A DNA stretch of 64,000 nucleotides from Octopus vulgaris (GCA_951406725.2 OX597820.1:118854001-118918000), one strand, 5' to 3'; positions 26,863-41,085 are shown, counted from the stretch's first letter. A program made the numbers and translations. The notes: a model not told the origin generated them from the letters alone.

Positions 26863-27262
26863 TCTTTATATCTTTATATATAAAAGAAAGGTTGTGTGTC
26901 TGTCTACTCCGATTTAGATTCATAACTACTCCCACATTTTGCGGTGCAGTTTAACCAAAACCGGGTATCTTATAGTCGTGATTTATATCAAGCCCTTCTG
27001 GGTATTAGCGCGCGTCTACGATTAGTCTACGATTTTTAAAATAATTTACCATCATTTTATTCCATTTTAGTGCATACTTTTTTAAATATAAGGGAAGTAA
27101 CTCTCTAAAAATGTCTACGATGAGTGAACGATTTAAAAAAAATTACCATAATTTTTTTTCCATTTTTAATGCATTTTTTGCTATTTTTTGGCTATAACTC
27201 TCTAAAAATGCTTTATAGTTATTTCCCTTACAAACTCGAGCAAAGCCGGGCGATACTGCTAG
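26863..27262 (+). mobile_element. Non-autonomous Helitron
   Basis: 5' A|TCTTTATA...; 3' hairpin ctcgagcaaagccggg then CTAG|T; no TSD; homologues at 59343 and 63148. Confidence 0.85.
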
Positions 27263-27582
27263 TTTTTAATAAAAATTGGTTTGCTGTAGATGACCATTTT
27301 CTATCTTGTAACCAGTCTAAATGCGTTAAACTTTTCAGAATGTGTTTACGGGTCTGTAAATTTGTTAAATCCTTCAGCATCCTGTCGAAAATACAACCAT
27401 AATTTATTAAGGAAACAAGTTATCTTGTTATCTCAATATCTTCCTCAGCTTTTAGCCATTTTGTTTAAGAAACAATCAAATTTCTTCAGCGTGTGTATAT
27501 GTATGAACGCTCGCTCTCTGTACGTGTGGGTTGTTGTGTGTTGTACTCTATGTGACTCATCTATCTACCTATCTATCTATCT

Positions 27583-27783
27583 ATCCCTATTGATCAATTT
27601 TTTTCCTTTCCCTCCCCTCCCTTTTCTTATTATTTTATCCCCCCCTTTTTTGTCCTCTTTCTTTCCTTTTACGATCCCTTTTGATCGAAAACCAAACCCC
27701 TTATTTTTACCTCCAAAAGAAAAGCTCTACCTTGTAATTTGTTCTGTCTGTGTGCAGCCCTGTGTGGCTAATAAAGAAACATA
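27583..27783 (+). mobile_element. Tx1-like LINE 3' UTR fragment in (CTAT)n
   Basis: Matches 53755-53961, including the terminal gtggctaataaagaaacata; (CTAT)n on both sides. Confidence 0.9.
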
Positions 27784-27795
27784 TCTATCCATCCG

Positions 27796-27860
<65 letters not shown>

Positions 27861-28981
27861 ATATATATATATATATATATCTGTCTGCCTGTCTGTCTGT
27901 CTATCTATCTCTACACACATACATATGTACGTATGTTTATATATATATGTATGTGTGCGTGTTTTTGCGTGTGTGTGTGCGCGCGTGTATAGATACATAT
28001 ACACTGAAACATACACACATTTAAGATTATTCACCATTTTTCCTTTCGTTTATGTTGTTCAAGTGTATTGTTTTAAGCACCTCTCAAATATAAATGACAA
28101 GAAGTAATGAGAAAGTCATGAAGTTAACAACTTCACAGAATATCGATAACCAACGCCATTTCACGCTTGTGGCTCTCGCCTGTTTCCAGTCGCAGAGATC
28201 GGTAAGTCAAATCTGCGGAGTTATTGAGAGTCATTATTCTGTTTCCTGTTACTCATTTGTTTTTAAGGGTCCTTTGCGCAGAGTGAAATGAAAATTGCGT
28301 TACTGGTTTCAAAACCTCTTCGTAACGAATTATTTCTCTTCGAGGCTCCCTCTTTGAGAGACAATTGTAAACTTATAACAATAATGACGGTTTCTATATA
28401 TTTTCGTACATTATTTTGACAACTTCGCAAATTATTATTGATTGATTCGCTGACAAATTGCTATGTGATATTCACAGATTTTTTTGTCTTCGAAAGTTAA
28501 TAAAATATTTACCAGCAGTTGAAGCTGTTGCTTAGCTTCCGTTAGTTCTGATCCATGAAACCTATACCAACATCAACGGCTCCAATGCGATTGTTATAAC
28601 GATATTCATGTTGCTGGTGACAATAACGCCGATCAAGAAGATAGTGGTGTGATTATTAAAGCGATGTTTCTATCTGTGAGAGCGAGAATGTTGATGGCCA
28701 TACTGATCAGGCTCTCGGTACCTTCTACAACAAAGACTACATTAACAACGCGGTGGACGTGGGCGCCTGCTTTCGGATCAGCTTGTGATTATCGATCTGA
28801 TAAGGGAACATGTTATTTCCTCTCTCTCTCTCTCTCTCTCTCTTCCTCTCTCATCAACCACTTTATACATTTATCCAATTCAGTTATCATTCCGAATCCA
28901 GTAGCTTCGGTTCCCCCTCTATGGTTACGGTTGCGGCCATTGAGTCTGCCGAAAACATTTAGCAAGGAAACGATGATACAA

Positions 28982-29076
<95 letters not shown>

Positions 29077-29168
29077 AACGACGACGACGACGATGACGAT
29101 GACGACGATGACGACAACGACGACCACGACCACCACAACCACCACCGCCGCCGCCACCACCACCACTA

Positions 29169-29207
<39 letters not shown>

Positions 29208-29226
29208 AACAACAACAACAACAACA

Positions 29227-29302
<76 letters not shown>

Positions 29303-29450
29303 TTGATGATGATGATGTGGAGGGGCATGATAGTGATAATGTTGATGATGGTAATGAAAGTGATGATGAGGAGGAGGATGAGTAGGATGAGGAGGAGGTG
29401 ATGATGGTGATGATGGTTTTGATGGTGATGAAGATGGTGACGGTGATGTA
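28982..29450. repeat. Compound trinucleotide microsatellite (ACT/ACG/ACC/AAC/AAT/GAT)
   Basis: Read directly. Confidence 0.95.
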
Positions 29451-29769
29451 TTCTAAGAATGCAACGGTAACAACACAACGACTTAATAACAATGAAAAGT
29501 CGATTTCATTATCGCCAATTCCATCGAAATAGACTGTTTGCCTTTTTTTTCTCTCTTTTAATAATAAGGAATCATAATGGTAACTGATATAAGCAGAAGG
29601 GGATGAGTTTACGACAAGCGATACAATCAATGTTATCGATCCCAGTAATTCACTATTATTTAATTTATCGACACTCTTATGCAATACATGGCATTGTGAC
29701 CGGGAATCAGGCATTGAAAAGCCTTCACTAAACCGTTTCCATTTTTCCGTGAATATAATGAGTGTTAAC

Positions 29770-30145
29770 ATAGTCACAGCGGTCTGAAATGGTATAGAAC
29801 AAGAAATGGGGAATGGGCAGTCGGAGAAGTTGGTGTTTACTCATTTTATATAACCGGGAAATAATACGTTCAACACCATTGATTTGCGTTATGGGTGCTG
29901 GAATCCGAGTAGTATCAAAATATGCAGTCCTTTCCGAAGCGACACAGCTACTCCACCAACCATTCCTGTCTATTTTGGACATGCATACAACCCGTAGCTG
30001 CCGTAAATGGACACGCTGGTCATTGATTCGGAACTTCTAGCTGATAGGCATCACATCGATATCGAGTGACCACAGGTCATTGATGAGGTAGTTTTGCTTT
30101 CAAGGTGACCCCAGGCCACGTGCATTCACACCTTTATATGTTTGA
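29770..30145 (-). mobile_element. Degenerate APE endonuclease N-terminus of an L1/Tx1-type ORF2
   Basis: Minus-strand translation VNARGLGSP*KQNYLINDLWSLDIDV...GGVAVSLRKGL fits the NxRGL...DV...GVA motifs. Confidence 0.6.
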
Positions 30146-31226
30146 CAAGCGAGAGGGAAACAAGAAGAACCACTTATTTCTGTGGAAAAGACAGCTGTTC
30201 CGTCTTTTCAGTTAATCAAAGATGTTTCTTACAATATTTATAGTCCCTGTGACAAACTCTTGGAGCGTTTTGATTTTGCCGTTATCTTGATTTTTAAAAA
30301 ATTTTTCTGATTTGTGGTTGTGATGTGTTCATTGTGAATAATGTCTCTCTGTCGGTTTATAATGTACATTGTTGTTTGCATCTGTGGCAGTGTAGTTGTT
30401 GATGCTAATTGCCGAAAGTGATTGGGGCCGCATTTCACGGACCGTGTTGTCTGTTCGTTTGTAATGTCTATTGGATGTTTTTCGTGATGGAAATGTTTGT
30501 GATTATGCTGGTGCCAGAAATGTGAAAGTGTGTCTGTTCGATGCCTTCAGGCCTCATCTGAGCAGCATCTTTCGTTTTCTATTGTTTTGGGATTTCTTTT
30601 CACAAGAATATTGTAAGCAGCTTCTCAAAAGAATTTTCCTCGAAAGGTGAGTTTACGTAGTCAGAAAATCTGTGGTAGGAAGAAGTAGGTTTTCACAATT
30701 AAGTATAAATACAAGGCCAGATCTTTGGAGAAATGAAGGATAAATATACAAGATTGCATTATTTGACTGGTTCTGGATTTAGTGACAACGAAGACAGAAA
30801 CGGTTTTCGTAGGATTTCAAGTCAGCAAGATCCGTAGGTAATTACCGTAACACATTTCGTCAGGGTCACAAGCGATTATGTCTTTTCAACAGATCCCTGC
30901 AATGATCATAAAACAGAATTCACACAACAAATCGAATCGCAATTACCATCCAATAAAACAACAGAAATCACTCGCAACACGAATTCTACAGAAATGAAAA
31001 ACAGAAAAGCAGAAAAATAAAACAGAAGACCAACAAAGAAGAGAAGCAGCCAAAGGAAGATGTTTTATACAAACACATCTTACATGCACCAAATCAAGGG
31101 CTGCACACAGCTACGACGAAATGAAGCTGAGGGTTCACTAGAAACAGCCATTAAGCTATTGGAAATTGATAATCAGAATAACAATCAAAATTATAACATC
31201 TTTTGTTTCTCACTAATGTGATAAAC

Positions 31227-31520
31227 TCTCTCTCTCTTTACTCTTTTACTTGTTTCAGTCATTTGACTGCGACCATGCTGGAGCACCGCCTTTAGTCGAG
31301 CAAATCGACCCCGGGACTTATTCTTTGTAAGCCCAGTACTTATTCTATCGGTCTCTTTTGCCGAACCGCTAAGTGACGGGACGTAAACACACCAACATCG
31401 GTTGTCAAGCAATGCTAGGGGGACAAACACATACACACAAACATATACACACACATATATATTTATACATATATACGACAGGCTTCTTTCAGTTTCCGTC
31501 TACCAAATCCACTCACAAGG
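31227..31520 (-). mobile_element. 5'-truncated SINE A between direct repeats of about 130 bp
   Basis: Repeats at 31095-31226 and 31516-31644. Confidence 0.93.
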
Positions 31521-32129
31521 GCTGCACACAGCTACGACGTGAACCTGAGGGTTCACTAGAAACAGCCATTAAGCTATTGGAAATTGATAATCAGAATAAC
31601 AATCAAAATTATAACATCTTTTGTTTCTCACTAATGTGATAAACGACGAAAATATTTTATAAATACTGCATTATTTATCAAAAACGATAAAATAAATCTA
31701 TATATTCTAGCCGTGATAAAATTATTTTCTGTACCGCATCATCACCTCGGAAGCAACTTCTCTACCATCTGTTCATGAAATTTAATAGTTTTATATTTCG
31801 CTAGTAATATCTTCTAGTATTATTATATCTGTTGATATTTTCGATGATATTAAAGATGGTGGCGATGTGGATGTTTTTTTATTATTATTATTCATGTTTT
31901 TCGTTTGTTTCATTAGGTTTAATGCAATTGTTGATGCCTATCTGTGAGATGGGAAATAGTATTGTAGTTGTTTTTACTATCGCTTTTGCAATCTCTGCGT
32001 GACAATAGAATGGAAGTATTAAATACGAAAATGTATTAATAGGACCACACACGCACGCGCACACACACACACACACACACACATACACACACACACACAC
32101 AGACAAATACTCATACACAATCACTCTGT

Positions 32130-32197
<68 letters not shown>

Positions 32198-32249
32198 TAC
32201 ATACACAAATACATACATTCACACACGCACGTATATATTTAAATATATA

Positions 32250-32297
<48 letters not shown>

Positions 32298-32638
32298 GGT
32301 GGATGGCTGTGTATGTTTGCAGGAGTTGCAAACAAGAGGTTAAATCAGATAATACAAATATTAGGATGAAGTATATATAAATAAATATATAAACAAACGT
32401 AAAACTAAATACAAGGAGAGAAACAAACGGGGAAAGAAATAATTAATGAAAATATTTGTCGAAATCATAATGAGGGAAGGTGAGATCCGACAGGTATGAA
32501 ACATGAAAAACCAGATATCATAAAATTGGTGTACGACGCCTATTTATGAGTATATAGACATACACGTAAATGCATACATAACCGTACGCATATATGCGCG
32601 CGGGTGTGTATGTATAAATAGACATACAGCTACATACA

Positions 32639-33090
<452 letters not shown>

Positions 33091-33137
33091 ATCTGTCGCT
33101 TTCTGTTTTCTCTCTCGCTCACTCACCTACTCACTCT

Positions 33138-33171
<34 letters not shown>

Positions 33172-33742
33172 TCATATATTTTATGAATATCTCTATATAG
33201 AGAGCTCTCTGTAATTGTGTATGTGTATGTGTGTGGTTCAAAGTATAATACTGTTTGTGTGTATTTATAGTAAGAAAAATGAAAACGTAGCATTCACATG
33301 AGTGTTTATCTCTAAACGAAATTAAAATTTACAATACATAGAATAAACAAAATCCGTGGATAGATTTTTACCCTGTTAATGTAAACCATTAATATAATTA
33401 TTAAGTAAAATGTCATTATTGCTAATAAAAATGCTTTTAAAAAATCAAACAAAACTGTATGATCGATATAAAACGAAAGTGTGCAAGTCACGATATAAAA
33501 ACAAGAACAAAAACTTGATCGTTTCAAAACTCTGCTATTGAGAATGACATTATAACAATAATCCACGTAATACAAAACAAGAATTTACCAGCAAAAAGTC
33601 TGAATTAGTAAAACTCATTTGGAACGTAATCGCCAATAAATAACAATGGCCTAATCGAAATCATAATAATATTATTGGCAAATTTCTGGATTTGTGATTT
33701 GTGCACAAGAGAGAAACAATTACAAGAGTTGTTATTGTTGTT

Positions 33743-33778
<36 letters not shown>

Positions 33779-33789
33779 ATTGCTGTTGT

Positions 33790-33995
33790 AAGGCGGCGAG
33801 TTGGCCGACTCGTTAGCACGCCGAGTAAAACGCTTCACGGCATTTCGTCCGTCTTTGTGTCCTGAGTTCATATTCTGCTGAGATCGACTTTTGCCTTTCA
33901 TCCTTTCGAGGTCGATGAAAAAGGTACCACTCAAGTGCTGGGGGTCACCTCTCCATCCCCTCAATTTCAGGACTTGTGCCTATAGTGGAAAGAAT
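33790..33995 (+). mobile_element. SINE family B with alternative (type 2) tail
   Basis: Head and core as at 5076; tail ccccctcaatttcaggacttgtgcctatagtggaaagaata. Confidence 0.85.
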
Positions 33996-34460
33996 AGTTC
34001 CTGTTGCTGTGTTTGCTGCTGTAGCTTTTGTTGTTGTTGTTTTTGTTTTTGTGGCTTGTGGTGGATATATCTGCTACAGCGGTTCCCGACGTTTTGCTAA
34101 ATTTTGTTGAAATTTATTATTTTTTCCACTATTTTCAGTTTTGTTAAAACCTTGATTAAGGACCCCGCCCCCTTCAACATTGGATTAAGAAGGAGGACTG
34201 CCGAATTGTGACTCAAAACAGCAATCGTCGTCTGATTTGTTCTATATTGGAATTACAGCCATTTTAGCGTCCGCTGTCAAAGGCATCAGGATGAACGACT
34301 CCTAAGACTTTCAATCCCATTAGAGAAAATAACCCCACATTTCCGTCGGAATATTCCAGCTGTTCCGGGCCGCTGTAGGAACAGTGCATGCAGAAGAACA
34401 ACAACTACAAAGGCAACAATAAGAAAACATCAAAAATGGTAACGGTAAGGCGGAGGGTAG

Positions 34461-34754
34461 TGTTTGTTCCTTCTCGAGCCACACCTGGCTCATAAGGGCC
34501 GGTTTCCCGGTTTCTTGACGTGTAGGTTCCCCACCTGGACGGGACGCCGGTCTGTCGCAGGTGAGCTGCAAGAGGAAAGAGGGGGATAAAGTTGTGGCGA
34601 AAGAGTCAGTAGAAGTTCGCCATTACCTTCTGCCGGAGCGGCGTGGAGATTAGGTGTTTCGCTCATAAACACACACATCGCCCGGTCTGAGATCGAACCC
34701 GCGATCCCTCGACTGCGAGTCCGCTGCTCTAACCACTAGGCCATGTGCCTCCAC
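34461..34754 (-). mobile_element. SINE family C variant (same head, different 3' module)
   Basis: Head gtggaggcacatggcctagtggttagagcagcggactcgc is shared with 3843; the tail differs. Confidence 0.9.
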
Positions 34755-35286
34755 AGCGGAAAGTATCCGAAAGACTGTATGTTGGCTTTACCCAACGCTT
34801 AGAAGCTACAACAAATGATCAGGTAGAAAGTATCCTGAAATAAATAGGGACAGATATAAATCATGCGAATTGCGCAAAGCAGTTCAGGAGCGTAGAGCTC
34901 CTCCTCGAGAGCAAACCCGTAAGGCCTTCCGTAATGTCGATATATTACAAGAACATCATCTATCTAACATATCTGTGGATAAGGACCTGAACACCACCTG
35001 GGATAAACATCTCGTGGCTGTTGCCCCGCGTGGTTTTGAAGGGCAGTGACACTTCTTTCGAAGTCAGACGGAGAAGGAGTTTTGGTTTGGAATCACAATG
35101 GTGATCATCCATCACATCAGAATGGAAGATGTGGAAAATACCAGAAACTTTATCCCTCTTACAAATAAGTTGGGTCTGCATCTTGCAGTAGAGGCCAAAA
35201 GCCAAGACACCACTTGTGTGGTACGGAGGGACACATCAGGGCAAAAATGAAAAAAAAAAAAATGGGGGGATAATGTCCCCAATGAT

Positions 35287-35358
35287 TGTGAAGCCTTAGC
35301 AATTTGTGAAGCCTTAGAAATTTGCGAAGCCTTCGCAATTTGTGAAGCCTTAGTCATT
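35287..35358. repeat. 18-bp minisatellite, 4 copies
   Basis: (tgtgaagccttagcaatt)x4 with substitutions. Confidence 0.9.
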
Positions 35359-35399
35359 TACGTTGACCACCGAAAAACATCAGTGTAAGTTGAAGCGGT

Positions 35400-35677
35400 G
35401 CAGCTTCTGAAGACGGTGGTGACTACAAACGAAGGTTTTCAGAAAGACGAATAATATAGGGAATACAAATCTAACAAACTTTCCTGTGGGAATTGGTTCA
35501 CTTGACGTAGCACTCCTGCTGTCTGAGAGGATGGATAATATCGGAATTGAAACTCGCGTAGCTGGCTGGAAGAAAAGTGCTATCATGTATTCTATAAGAA
35601 TTCTAAGAAGCTTCTTCAGATTTGAATGAGACTTGTCACCAAATCTCAGCATGACACCCTTACTAAATAAATTATGT

Positions 35678-35713
<36 letters not shown>

Positions 35714-35716
35714 AAC

Positions 35717-35775
<59 letters not shown>

Positions 35776-36034
35776 GATATAGTTGTCAGAGATCATGAAG
35801 AAAAATGCTTTCTAATTGATGTATCAATACGTCTGATGACAACGTGTCTCTAAAAGAAATGGAGAAACTCTCAAAATACAAAGACCTGGAAATAGAGGTA
35901 ACTAGAATGTGGAATCTGAAAACAGAAACAATTCCTATCATAGTAGGTGCATAGGCATGATAAAAAAATATCAGACAAATACATAACAAAAACACCAGGA
36001 CTTACAAGCACATATAACATACAGAAAATTGCAC

Positions 36035-36110
<76 letters not shown>

Positions 36111-36522
36111 TAATAATGTGTGCGACCATGAGATAGAGAGTAAGAAGCCAGACATAGTCTTAATTGAGAAAGAAAGCAAACTAAGCTGGATCATAGATAT
36201 AGCATGCCCAGCTGACAACAAGGTATGCAATAAGGAAGAAAGAAAGAAAAGTCGATAGATATGGCAGGTTAGCTTGGGAGATTAATTAGTTGTGGTCGAT
36301 GAAAAAGGTGGTGGTAGTGCCAATAATTATTGCAGGCCTGGGAACAGTGAGCAAAAATCTTGAGAAGTGCATTGAACAAATGGGAGCTGCTATGAGGGTG
36401 GAACACTGCTTGGAACCGCTTGAATACTCCGGAAGGTGCTCGAAAAATAAGAGGTGTTACCTCAGTTCACTGGTAGGGAATAGCTGACACCGTAGTACAT
36501 CTCCAGCTGTGCAAAGGCAATG

Positions 36523-36578
<56 letters not shown>

Positions 36579-36718
36579 CCTCGGCACGGCCAAAATAATC
36601 AGAAATGTATTTGATAGCTAAAAAGAACAGATAGCATGGTACTGTAGGCAGCAGGTAGTAAACCCGCTACGCATGCAAGAATGTAGGAGTTGCAACAAAA
36701 CCAAGGACAAAAAGAAAT
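35400..36718 (+). mobile_element. Stack of four Dong-type LINE 3' fragments separated by (AAT)n
   Basis: 35400-35677 (KSAIMYSIRILRSFF); 35774-36036 (near-identical to 14855-15123); 36118-36520 (KKPDIVLIEK...IIDIACP); 36575-36718 (LLGTAKIIRNVFDS). Confidence 0.88.
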
Positions 36719-36719
36719 A

Positions 36720-36773
<54 letters not shown>

Positions 36774-37559
36774 ATGATGATGATGATGATGGTGCTAAAA
36801 TAATGATGATGTTGATTACGATGATGATAATAATAATTGTAATGATAACAACAATAAAAAAAATATACATAACGAAACTCTAGAAAGTCTAGAAAATAAA
36901 AATGGTAGAAGGTTCTTGACTTTAGGAATATATTTTATTTCTAATTCGTTTATGAGAAAAATTTATTTGAATATATCGGAAAACAATTCAATTATAATTA
37001 TTGATAAATACCTGTCCATCGAGAAATGTGGAATTTTATTTTCTTTACCAGGAATTAATATTTAGTGTTTATATATTGGTTTAGGTTCTATTATAACAAA
37101 TGTGTGTGTGTGTTTTTTTTTATGTTTTGGGTTGTTTTGCTTATTAATTTTATTTCTTGTATTAGTTTTTTTTTGTCGTTGCTAAACTGTTGTTGGTATT
37201 GTGATAATGATTGTTTACTAATTGTTTTGATTTTAATAGCTTTTGGCAAATTCCTATAAACTAAAACAGTCTCTTCGAGTAGTGGTACTTTGGAAAATTA
37301 AATTAAACGCTGTTTGCAGATGGTTGTATGACTAGATACATACGTAAAGCAGAATCAGACATACACGTATGCTGACATCACTCACTCAGTTACTCAGTTC
37401 TCACTAGAACCTTTCCTCTTCTACCATGTAGACCGCGGAGCATTAGCCTTCTTAAGCTGCTTTCAACGTCTCTTTTGCGCTATGCGAAATCGTCTTTACA
37501 AATCTAAGTATTTCACCTTGTAATCAGCCAACCCTCTGGTTTTGGACCTTTGCCTATAC

Positions 37560-37905
37560 TATCTTTTACTCTATTACTTGTTTCAGTCATTTGGTTGTGG
37601 CTATGCTGGAGCACCGCCTTAATGTTGAGCAAATCGACCTCAGGACTTATTTTATCGGCCGCTTTTGCCGAACCGCTAAGTTACGGGGACGTGAACACAC
37701 CAGCATCGGTTGTCAAGCGATGTTGAGGTGGGGGACAAATACAGACACACAAACATATATACACACACACACACACACATATATACATATATACGACGGG
37801 CTTCTTTCAGTTTCCGTCAACCAAATCCACTCACAAGGCTTTGGTCGGCTCAAGGCTATAGTCGGAGGCACTTGCCCAAGGTGCCACGCAGTTGGACTGA
37901 ACCCG
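37560..37905 (-). mobile_element. SINE family A (5'-truncated)
   Basis: Reverse complement of the 23542 family. Confidence 0.92.
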
Positions 37906-38589
37906 ACGCCTATGTTGACGGATGTTTGCAAGCGCAAATATGTCTGCCTAATTTTTTTTCATATACTCTGTACTACATACATTAAAGGTTTGAAATGAAA
38001 GACTTTCAACACACCAGCAGTTTAATGATCTCGCTGGCAAGCATATGCAAATTTAAGCACTACTGTTAGTGAGCTTATACGGAAAGCGTCTGCATAACGC
38101 ACAGTTTTAGATTTAAAAATTATAGATTTTTCTGTGATACTTTGTAGAAATGGAAGGAAACGTTGTTAGAAATTGCACTCAATGCTTTTAGAGAATTTAG
38201 TAATTTGTTTCGGCTGAAACATTACTCAGAGAATCCATCACTTTTGATGTCGATTTATCAGATTTTAATGTCAAGAGAACATAGAAGAACACAACTGGCC
38301 GAGGCAACATATGGGGAAAACGCGGAACAAGGTGAACAGTTGGACGGAGTAAATACGGTAGCATACAATTAAATAATTTTCCGTCGTACACACTAACACT
38401 GCTCCACATGTTAATGGGCATATACAAAGTGTTTTGTGCAAGGTTTTGGGCAAAATTAGTGGAGAAGGAACAAAAAGGCAAAGGTGGGTTGTGGCTTATA
38501 AATGATGAAGCATTCTCGCACGTAGACAGACACTCTTGATGTTCTGAATCATCTGAAAAGAAAAAGGTGTAAAAAGGGAAAACAAATAT

Positions 38590-38986
38590 TCTTTTCTACT
38601 TTGGCACGATGCCCAAAATTTTAGGGGAGGGGGCCAGTCGATTAGATCGACCCAAGTACGCAACTGGTACTTAATTAACCATAGCCCCCGAAAGGATGTA
38701 AGGCAAAGTCGGCCTCGACGGAATTTTAACTCAGAACGTAGCGGCAGACGAAAGACCTATTTCTTTACTACCCACAAGGGGCTAAACACAGGAGGGATAA
38801 AAAAAGACAAACGGTTTAAGTCGATTATGTCGACCCCAGTGCGTAACTGGTACTTATTTAATCGACCCCGAAAGGATGAAAGGCAAAGTCGACCTCAGCG
38901 GAATTTGAACTCAGAACGTAGCGGCAGACGAAATACGGCTACGCATCTCGCCCGGCGTGCTAACGTTTCTGCCAGCTCGCCGCCTT
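38590..38986 (-). mobile_element. SINE family B dimer (head+core+tail 1, then core+tail 2)
   Basis: Junction at about 38756 is equivalent to those in the 12.4-13.0 kb trimer. Confidence 0.9.
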
Positions 38987-39134
38987 AGGGAAAACAAATA
39001 TTGATTTTAAAAAATAAGAAAGTCAGCGAATAGTAGAGGGTAGTCAAACAATGTGGAAACTATTCTAAAGTGGTTGTTACTGATTCGATAGTGTAATGAG
39101 CAGATGAGATAAGTGAAAAGTCACTTATAAGCAG

Positions 39135-39450
39135 TTGTTTAGTTAAGTTAAGTAAAGATAATTTTTTGGCTCAAACAGCAAAAAGCAAGGCCATGTTGGG
39201 GAACATGGAGTTATGTACAGGGTGGTGTTCATACAAAGAGTTCAGGCAATTTCTGGTCAAGAGTCTTTGAACCGAGCGGTCGTCGGCATCTTTACTATCT
39301 CGTCCGGCAGCTTATTCCACAGATCCGCAACCGGGACGGAGAAAGCCCCTCTCCTTCGATTGAGATGAAATCGTCGCAGATAGAGCTTTTCGGAGTGACA
39401 GACCGATGAGAGGAAAGAAGAAGAGGATATTGCGGATAGACATTACGACA
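39135..39450 (-). mobile_element. CR1-group LINE extreme 3' end
   Basis: HSEKLYLRRFHLNRRRGAFSVPVADLWNKLPDEIVKMPTTARFKDS matches the CR1 C-terminal FS.RV...WN.LP motif. Confidence 0.8.
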
Positions 39451-39566
39451 CCAAAATCGAATTTGCTGTCCGGTAAGAAGTTCGCTACTATATCATATGG
39501 TTCCAGATTCTGATGTTTTGCGTGGCACCTTTGGCAAGTATCTTTTACCACAGTTCCAGTTTGACC

Positions 39567-39812
39567 GTATTTCGTCTGCCGCTACGTTCTGAGTTCAAAT
39601 TCCGCCGAGGTCGACTTTGCCTTTCATCCTTTCGGGGTCGATAAATTTAGTACCAGTTACGACTTAATCCGTTTGTCTGTCTTTTTTTGTCCCTCCTGTT
39701 TAGCCCCTTGTTGGTAGTACAGAAATAGGTATTTCGTCTGCCGCTACGTTCTGAGTTCAAATTCCGTCGAGCCGACTTTGCCTTACATCCTTTCGGGGGC
39801 TATGGTTAATTA
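39567..39812 (+). mobile_element. Headless SINE B dimer; inverted duplicate of 38671-38935
   Basis: Shares the private variant ccttacatcctttcgggggctatggttaatta with 38671-38705. Confidence 0.88.
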
Positions 39813-40210
39813 TATAGGTATTGTTCTCATAGTATACCGGTTCGGTTTGGAAATGCGATATAATCAGGGTCGAGCTTTTAAAAAAGTGAACATTGGTGTC
39901 GATTTGTTTCGCTGAAACCCTCGCAAGGCCGCAGTCGAATTCAACTAAAACCCTAGAGAGGGCTGCCGTCTGATAATTGTAACAAGAAGAAGAGGAAGAC
40001 AAAAGAAATCAGAACACTAAAAGTAAACTTTAAAAATGTTGTTCTTGAAGAGCCTAATATTGCGGCGTGGGTTTCCGTCCCGACACCCGAAACTCGGAGT
40101 TTTATCATGGCTACCGAATAATTGTCACATATTTTATTTACAGATAAATTCCTCTATTTACATAATATCGAGGTCTCTTGCATTCTTTTGTTGTCTTTCC
40201 ATTTCTTTCC

Positions 40211-40312
<102 letters not shown>

Positions 40313-41085
40313 GCTTATATATATATATATTATATGTGTAATATATATGTGTGTGTGCGTGTGTGTGTGTGTGCTTGAGTGTACATATATACAAACACAT
40401 ATATGCATGTATGCATATCTGTTTATCTATCCTAGTCGCAAATTTTGTCACAAGGCTAAAAATTTCGGGAGAAAGGGTAAGTCAGTTCCATTCACCCCAG
40501 TGTTCAACTGGTACTTATTTTATCGGACCCGAAAAGAGGAAAAGCAATACGGGTAGAATTTGAACATCGAACGTAAAGATTACGAAATGCTACATCAAAA
40601 ATGCATATATCATTACTATAGAAATTGTTCGAAAAAAACCCATTTTAAATTTATTTATAAACAAAATTGATAATTAAAAACAAAATGACTTTTCTAATTT
40701 CCCTCCAATCTATCATACTGTCACTCTTTTACATTGTACTGATTATAATTAATATCGTTTATAATGATTTACCGTGAATAATAAATCAATTGACTGAATA
40801 GTCTTGAACTACTGTTTTCTTAACATTCGCTATAAAATTCAATAGTGTCCATTGCTGAGGCATTCTCTGTTTATATTAAAACGGAAACGTATCTCTTTTT
40901 TTTTTTTTTATCTCGGCTGAAAATATGGAGAATATTGGCTGAATTATCAGGAATTTTGTCGCATTGGTTATTGTTATAACTAGTTTGTGCTAACTGTTGT
41001 GTAATCAGGAGATGATATGCAGGGATGGTGAGGAGTTTGTAGACCAAGCACAAAATGTTTGTGTTTATTCCTAATATTGTTGACT

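Noticed and set aside
34280-35280. 5'/RT part of a Dong element upstream of the stack
   Set aside because: Only faint motif traces; too degenerate to support.
38090-38560. Coding-looking unique stretch (also 17150-17400 and 44940-45130)
   Set aside because: No recognisable family motif; would need BLASTX.
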